Source: an uncultured Bacilli bacterium (GTDB lineage Bacteria > Bacillota_I > Bacilli_A > RFN20 > CAG-826). From it: 64,000 nucleotides of DNA. Positions 58,650-64,000 of the stretch are shown here, piece after piece; positions within the stretch are counted from its first letter, which is position 1, and each line of letters begins with the position of its first letter. Below the pieces are notes generated by a model that saw only the letters and a program-made list of their open reading frames with translations, was not told the DNA's origin and did not search any database. Made by a program: the position numbers and the translations under genes. The stretch spans positions 61,140 through 125,139 of the forward strand of contig CAKUWP010000001.1 in assembly GCA_934699525.1 (NCBI GenBank), in the 5' to 3' direction.

Positions 58650-60614
58650 TTAACGAAACCCTCCATTAGAAATTGCATTATTGAATCGGAAAATGAGTTC
58701 AACGATCTCGCTTATTTTCTCTCGGAACAGGGTTAGGTCTTCTGGGTTGGACCCTTCCTTTTGGTATTGAACCCCACTTTCTTTATCCGAAATCGAAACG
58801 AATTCCATAGACATGAAGAATTGAAGTTCATGGGAATAGAAGAGATTGTCGTATTGGGTATCCGTTCTAAAAATGGAAACGCCTAAATAGTTATAAGGGT
58901 CGTAATCGAATCCCAAAACATCAAGCAACGTCGGAACAAGAACATAGGGGCTCGTAATGAAGGAATAGGAGGCAGGTCCTACTTCATCCAAGCCATTCTC
59001 CTGGCAATAGGCTTTCTTTAACGTGGGGTTTGCAATAAAGTTGATGGTCTTATAACGTTCCGGCAAATAGACATCATTGTCCTCCACGTTATAAACATAG
59101 GAGCTAAGCATTTTGTCTGCTTTGCCGCTTTTATAATAGGAATCATGATCCCCATAAACGACAATGATCGTGTTCTCGTAGAGGCCTTTGTTATGGAGGG
59201 AAGCAACAATTTTTCCTAATGCGGCGTCAAAATCCATCGTCGCGCATTGGAGGTATTCAACTTGTTGCTGAATCTCAAGGGGATCATCAAGGCAGACATT
59301 CTCCCATAAGCCCGCTTTTTCGGCTTCTTTTAACCGGGCGTAATAGCCAAGGTTTTGGAATTTAGAGAAATTAGGGCAGCTAAATCCATAGGGGCCATGC
59401 ATGGAAAAAGTCGTGTAAAAGGTATAGAAAGGCTTCTCCTGAACGGGGACCATTTGATCTAAAGTCAGATCCACGAATTCGCTGTCTAGAGGATAAGAGC
59501 CATTCCAATGGTTCACGGATTCGATGACTTCGGGGTTTAAGTCATTGGCAAAATAGGTCTTTTCAAAGCCAAGGTTCGAGATTTCTTTCCCACGGTTATA
59601 GAAATTCTTGTCGTTATCGTGGAAGAAAGCGGTCGTATAGCCTTTTTCTTTTAAAAGGTTCGGCAGGGAAAAACAATCGACGACTTTACCAGATTGGATG
59701 GCGTCTTGCCTTCCCCCGATCCCTGTGATGCCGATAAATTCCGACATATTCGTCTTGTTCTTGGAGACGTTATTTGTCAAATCGATCGAATCCTGCATCA
59801 AAGCCCATAGATTCGGAGTCAAGGTCTCGTTGACAAGATAGCTGCATCCGGTCTCCACCATGATGGTGATGACATTGAAATTCTCGCATTTCCCTTGTTG
59901 AGAAGACGTTTCGTGACGGGGATTCTCTGGATCCGTTTTGCTTTCTCCTCCAAGCCCTGGATTCACGGTGGTAAGTAAATCGCTCCACCCGTAATTCAAT
60001 AAGCCGAATTCCCCAAGCGACTGCTTCTTTTGGGTTTGGGTAATAAAATTAATGGTTTCAAAGGGATTTCTTCCCGCGCCGCTAGAATCTTGGACTAGGC
60101 ACATCGAAGTGATGTTGGCCACCAAAAACAGAATGGTAAGGGCTCCCGATATCGTCGCGGGGTGCTTCACTTTTCCTTGGAGTTTATCGGGGCGGGACTT
60201 GGCGAAGAAATGCATTCCAACAAGTAGCAATGCCGCCACAGCATCAATCAAGAAGGAGAACAAGATCGATTTCCAAGGCATATAGCTCCAATTGAAGACG
60301 GCTCCCGCGGCCCCGGCCATCACAAAATAGCTAAAGGAAAAGACGTCCCCGCTGCATTCAAACATCGCGAGATTCAAGAAAACAAGAAACGAAAAAGCGA
60401 ATCCGACCACGCCGGTATAAATCCAAGAATACCGATTGGATTTAAAGAAGAAAATCGGAAGGATCAAAAGGAGGTAAAGGGATAATTCCAACCAGGGGTT
60501 TGAATAATAAAACCGCCCATAAATCATCTCGTTAAGCAAAACGTCGAAGGCAATTAAAAAGAAAAGAAGGATGAGGGCAAGGTAGATTTTCTTCACAAGC
60601 GAATATTCCTTCAT
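58650..60614 (-). CDS. LTA-synthase-family protein (membrane-anchored sulfatase-like phosphoglycerol transferase)
   Basis: 5 N-terminal TM helices followed by sulfatase-like domain (MVETGCSY..., VYGDHDSYY); GGAGGAAGG RBS. Confidence 0.75.
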   Translation of the reverse strand: MKEYSLVKKIYLALILLFFLIAFDVLLNEMIYGRFYYSNPWLELSLYLLLILPIFFFKSNRYSWIYTGVVGFAFSFLVFLNLAMFECSGDVFSFSYFVMAGAAGAVFNWSYMPWKSILFSFLIDAVAALLLVGMHFFAKSRPDKLQGKVKHPATISGALTILFLVANITSMCLVQDSSGAGRNPFETINFITQTQKKQSLGEFGLLNYGWSDLLTTVNPGLGGESKTDPENPRHETSSQQGKCENFNVITIMVETGCSYLVNETLTPNLWALMQDSIDLTNNVSKNKTNMSEFIGITGIGGRQDAIQSGKVVDCFSLPNLLKEKGYTTAFFHDNDKNFYNRGKEISNLGFEKTYFANDLNPEVIESVNHWNGSYPLDSEFVDLTLDQMVPVQEKPFYTFYTTFSMHGPYGFSCPNFSKFQNLGYYARLKEAEKAGLWENVCLDDPLEIQQQVEYLQCATMDFDAALGKIVASLHNKGLYENTIIVVYGDHDSYYKSGKADKMLSSYVYNVEDNDVYLPERYKTINFIANPTLKKAYCQENGLDEVGPASYSFITSPYVLVPTLLDVLGFDYDPYNYLGVSIFRTDTQYDNLFYSHELQFFMSMEFVSISDKESGVQYQKEGSNPEDLTLFREKISEIVELIFRFNNAISNGGFR

Positions 60615-60760
60615 GCCTTCCTCCTTTCCGCGGCCCTTATGTTAAATAACGTTTTAATTTTAACAAGATGAAATTTGAATTCTTGCTGACAAACCCCTTT
60701 GTCTGTAAAGACAAGGTAAGTTAACGAGAATTGGCTTTCTTTTTCAACCACTTCTCTTTT

Positions 60761-60799
60761 AAAAAACAAAAAAAGACGCATCCCCCGAAGGAACGCGTC
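60761..60799 (-). terminator. Rho-independent terminator after nagB
   Basis: GACGCGTTCC-ttcg-GGGATGCGTC followed by TTTTTTTGTTTTTT on the minus strand. Confidence 0.7.
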
Positions 60800-60816
60800 G
60801 AAATCGAAGACCGGTT

Positions 60817-61539
60817 TTATTTAAGAAGCGCTTGGGCGGCTTCGTCGACTTCCGCGGTCACATAGACTTCAAAATGCGGATGGTGGACGAGGGCAGTCGC
60901 CGGGAAAGAAGGATCCTCTTCTTCGCGATATAGCTTAGCAATCGCTTCGGCTTTGTCGACCCCATTGGCGATCAAGGCGATGCGACGGCTCTTCTTGATC
61001 GTTCCAATGCCCATCGTGACGGCTTGGGTCGGAACGAGGTTTTTATCGTTATGGAAGAAACGAGCATTCGCTTCGCGGGTAGAATCGGTTAAATCTACTA
61101 CGTGGGTCAACGAATGAAAATCGGTTCCCGGTTCGTTGAAGCCGATGTGGCCATTGCGTCCAATGCCGAGGAGTTGGAAATCCACTCCGCCAGCATCTTC
61201 GATTTCCTTATCGTATCCCCCAAGTTCGGAAACGCTTGGGAAGTGCGTGTTTTTCGCTTGGATATCGATTTTGGAGAAGAGATTCTCGTTCATAAAATAA
61301 CGATAGGTCTGGTCTTCGAGGGGGCAAGAGAGATATTCGTCGAGGTTGAAGCTTTGGACATCCTGAAACGAGATACCTTCCGCTTTGGCTTCTTCCGCGA
61401 TCGCTTGGTAGGTTTCTAGAGGGCTAGAACCCGTGGCCAAGCCTAAAATCGCATGCGGGTTTTCTTTGACGAGTTCCGCGAACTCGTGTCCAAGGGCTCT
61501 TCCGAGTTCTTCCTTGGTTTCAAAAATGAAGATTTTCAT
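60817..61539 (-). CDS. nagB: glucosamine-6-phosphate deaminase
   Basis: GLATGSSP, GIGRNGHIGFNEPG, TMGIGTI motifs. Confidence 0.9.
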   Translation of the reverse strand: MKIFIFETKEELGRALGHEFAELVKENPHAILGLATGSSPLETYQAIAEEAKAEGISFQDVQSFNLDEYLSCPLEDQTYRYFMNENLFSKIDIQAKNTHFPSVSELGGYDKEIEDAGGVDFQLLGIGRNGHIGFNEPGTDFHSLTHVVDLTDSTREANARFFHNDKNLVPTQAVTMGIGTIKKSRRIALIANGVDKAEAIAKLYREEEDPSFPATALVHHPHFEVYVTAEVDEAAQALLK

Positions 61540-61565
61540 GGTTTTATATTATTCCTTCCTTTGCT

Positions 61566-62723
61566 TTAGAGGGCAAACCCTTCCTTTTGATAAACGATTT
61601 TTCCGTCTCGAATGCTCATCAGGACCTTAAACGAAGAATCTAGGAGCACGCAGTCGGCTCGCTTTCCACTTTCCAGGGACCCGATTTCTTTTTCTAACCC
61701 AAGATTCTTCGCGGGGTTAAGGCTTACGAGGTTGATTAAATCAGCAAGCGTATAGCCTTTGGCTAAAGGAGCCACGTTTCGTAAGGCCTGGTCAAGGTGC
61801 AAGATACTTCCTGCAATCGTCCCATCTTCAAGCAACGCCACCCCATTGGAAACAAAAATCTTTTGAGAACCAAGATGGGCTTCCGCCCCTTCAGGGAGGT
61901 ATTTGGCCTCCGTGGAATCGGAAATCAATACAATGTCCTCCTTCTTTTTGTTTTTGAAGACGAATTCGACCGCCTCTTTGCATGAATGGTGGAGGTCGGC
62001 GATAAGTTCGGTTTTGACTCCGTCCGTCAATAAGGCTGCGCCCGTGACTCCAACATCACGATGATGGAACCGGCGTTGGGCATTGTATAAATGGGTGATG
62101 CAATGAATGCCGGAACGGAATCCTTGAATCGCTAGAGGTCCCGGGCAATCGGAATGGCCCAGTGAAGCGACGATGCCATGTTTTTTGCAATATTCGAGGA
62201 AGGCGCCATTTTCGTCCCGTTCATAGGCGAAAGTCACTTCGCGAATCGAATTCCCAGAAAGCTTCACCAAACGGTCCAATTCTTCCACATTCGGTTTTCG
62301 AATGAATTCCAAGGCCTGCGCCCCTTTAAAAGTCGGAGAGATAAAGGGTCCCTCTAGATGCACTCCGACGATGCGGGCGCCCGGAGCTTCTTTCTTTTGA
62401 TATTCCCTGACGTTTACCAACGCCTTTTCGATATTTTCCATCGATTCGGTCATCGTCGTGGCCAAAAAGGAGATCACCCCTTCTTGAACGAGGGCTTTCG
62501 ACATCGTGTCGAGGGAACTTTCTTTCCCATCCATCACATCGGCCCCGTTCGCCCCATGGATGTGCTCATCGATAAATCCAGGAGCCACGTAGATGCCTTC
62601 TGGAAGGGAAATTAATCCGTCTTCTTCACCATATCCTTGGATTTTGCCGTTTTGAAATACCAAGTTGCTTTTCTTCACGCCAGTAGGAAAAACTACCGAC
62701 GCATTTTGAAATCCTTTGATCAT
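61566..62723 (-). CDS. nagA: N-acetylglucosamine-6-phosphate deacetylase
   Basis: APGFIDEHIHG metal-binding start, overall amidohydrolase NagA similarity. Confidence 0.9.
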   Translation of the reverse strand: MIKGFQNASVVFPTGVKKSNLVFQNGKIQGYGEEDGLISLPEGIYVAPGFIDEHIHGANGADVMDGKESSLDTMSKALVQEGVISFLATTMTESMENIEKALVNVREYQKKEAPGARIVGVHLEGPFISPTFKGAQALEFIRKPNVEELDRLVKLSGNSIREVTFAYERDENGAFLEYCKKHGIVASLGHSDCPGPLAIQGFRSGIHCITHLYNAQRRFHHRDVGVTGAALLTDGVKTELIADLHHSCKEAVEFVFKNKKKEDIVLISDSTEAKYLPEGAEAHLGSQKIFVSNGVALLEDGTIAGSILHLDQALRNVAPLAKGYTLADLINLVSLNPAKNLGLEKEIGSLESGKRADCVLLDSSFKVLMSIRDGKIVYQKEGFAL

Positions 62724-63574
62724 TTGTTTTCTCCTTTTTGAACTAACATCTTCGCCCCCATGATTCCCGCATCGTTACCAAACGAAGCAAAGGCGTAGGT
62801 ATTAGGGGCTAACCCCAGTCGAGGTTCAAAGATATCCTTCGCCCCCATGATGCCTCCGCCTAAAATCAAACGATCGGGATGCAGCCCGTTTTCAACGTTT
62901 TTTAATAATAGACGTAACCAAGTTCCATATTGGTCAACGACTTCTAACGCCCTTTTGTCTTGATGACGGGCCTTATCGAACAAATCAAACGTGGAGACGT
63001 TTCGCCCATAGGCTTTAAAAGCAAGGCGTTTCAAGGAAGCGGTGTTAAGATACATCTCCGCGCATCCTCTTTTGCCGCAAGGGCATACCCGTCCCCCTTC
63101 GATTAAGGGTTTGTGGCCGTAATCGGATGCTTCATCGTGGAGGATTTTTTCCTCTTCAAGCGTGGCGCACCCTAGTCCTGTTCCAAAGGTTAGCATCGTG
63201 ATACGCTTGGCCTCGGGGAAGCGCGTCGCTTCAGCGACCAAAGCGCCTACCGCATCGTTTTCCATAACTACAGAGCAATGAAAGTCTTCCTCCAGGCGCT
63301 TTTTCACGTTCATCCCAACCAAAACGGGGATGTTATTCACTTTGACAAACGTCCCGTCTTCCCCGATATCTCCGGCGGAGACCACGCCAATCGCGTCGAT
63401 TTCCCCATAAGAATTTAGAAGACCGTTCACGCAGGAAAAGATTTGACGGTAAACCGTCGAGGCTCCCTTAAAGGCGAAAGTAGGAACCCGGTTGGTTCCC
63501 TTTAATTGGTCACCATCAAAATATCCGCCTTTGATGGCGCTTCCGCCAATATCGAGCCCGACGATGCGCATCAT
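62720..63574 (-). CDS. ROK-family sugar kinase (likely N-acetylglucosamine kinase)
   Basis: GLDIGGSAIK, CPCGKRGC zinc motif; ATGA overlap with nagA. Confidence 0.8.
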   Translation of the reverse strand: MMRIVGLDIGGSAIKGGYFDGDQLKGTNRVPTFAFKGASTVYRQIFSCVNGLLNSYGEIDAIGVVSAGDIGEDGTFVKVNNIPVLVGMNVKKRLEEDFHCSVVMENDAVGALVAEATRFPEAKRITMLTFGTGLGCATLEEEKILHDEASDYGHKPLIEGGRVCPCGKRGCAEMYLNTASLKRLAFKAYGRNVSTFDLFDKARHQDKRALEVVDQYGTWLRLLLKNVENGLHPDRLILGGGIMGAKDIFEPRLGLAPNTYAFASFGNDAGIMGAKMLVQKGENK

Positions 63575-64000
63575 TATTTTTCTAGTAGCTCCTCGATGAA
63601 TTCATCCATTTGCTTTTGTTGTCTTTCCATATCGAGAAGCAAGGCAAATTGGTCGCGGGCACGGACTAAATTGTGGCCTTCGTAAGCCGTATGGAAATAG
63701 ACGTCGCCATCCAGGTAGTCCGCCAAGAAGCGAATGCCGCATTCATAGGTCAATAACATGGAGCAATAGGGGAACAAGCGGATTTCCTTTTCCGTTAAGC
63801 TTCCCGCGGCCCCTTCCACGAACCCTTTCGCGTAGGCCTTGAACATCTCCAAGTTAAAATGAATCTTCGACGTGTCTTTTTCATCTTCCACGCAGGTATT
63901 GGCCCCAAAGCGAATGGAATCGCCAAAATCATAAAGGGCGCTGCCCGGCATGATGGTATCTAAGTCCAAAATGCAAAGGGGCTTGGAACCCGAGGGATCG
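63574..64000 (-). CDS. phosphotransferase (APH/choline-kinase-like) family protein, 5' end outside window
   Basis: ILDLDTIMPGSALYDFGDS kinase-like DFG region; ORF continues past nt 64000. Confidence 0.5.
   Translation of the reverse strand, partial: DPSGSKPLCILDLDTIMPGSALYDFGDSIRFGANTCVEDEKDTSKIHFNLEMFKAYAKGFVEGAAGSLTEKEIRLFPYCSMLLTYECGIRFLADYLDGDVYFHTAYEGHNLVRARDQFALLLDMERQQKQMDEFIEELLEK

Overview
This 64-kb window looks like a segment of a low-GC Gram-positive (Firmicutes-type) chromosome. The evidence is AGGAGG-type ribosome-binding sites, an LTA-synthase, lipoprotein lipoboxes, an ECF S-component and a Bacillus-type ManA. The strain attribution is inference. Most genes are ordinary: sugar catabolism (rhaA, rhaB-rhaD, fucI with a DeoR regulator, manA, nagA-nagB with two ROK kinases), transporters (a TetR-controlled ABC system, a MarR-controlled MacB-like ABC pump, a MATE pump with a LysR regulator), csoR-copA copper homeostasis, glf, xth, and a THF-riboswitch-controlled folT. 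Mixed in are accessory features, which are where the more interesting observations lie:
- a high-GC ISL3 insertion with inverted repeats and an ~8-bp target duplication;
- a translationally coupled DUF3990-like + HTH gene pair with a palindromic operator, a toxin-antitoxin-like layout and my top candidate;
- a SWIM zinc-finger + SNF2 helicase pair;
- two orphan AAA ATPases (DUF4143-like and DUF234-like), the first with three evenly spaced direct repeats upstream, the second with duplicated hairpin elements;
- a signal-peptide protein + lipoprotein operon of unknown function;
- an extracellular endonuclease-I lipoprotein;
- two genes interrupted by in-frame stop codons;
- a 520-bp region without ORFs.
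All functional calls rest on motifs I recognise by eye in the ORF translations. I ran no database searches.
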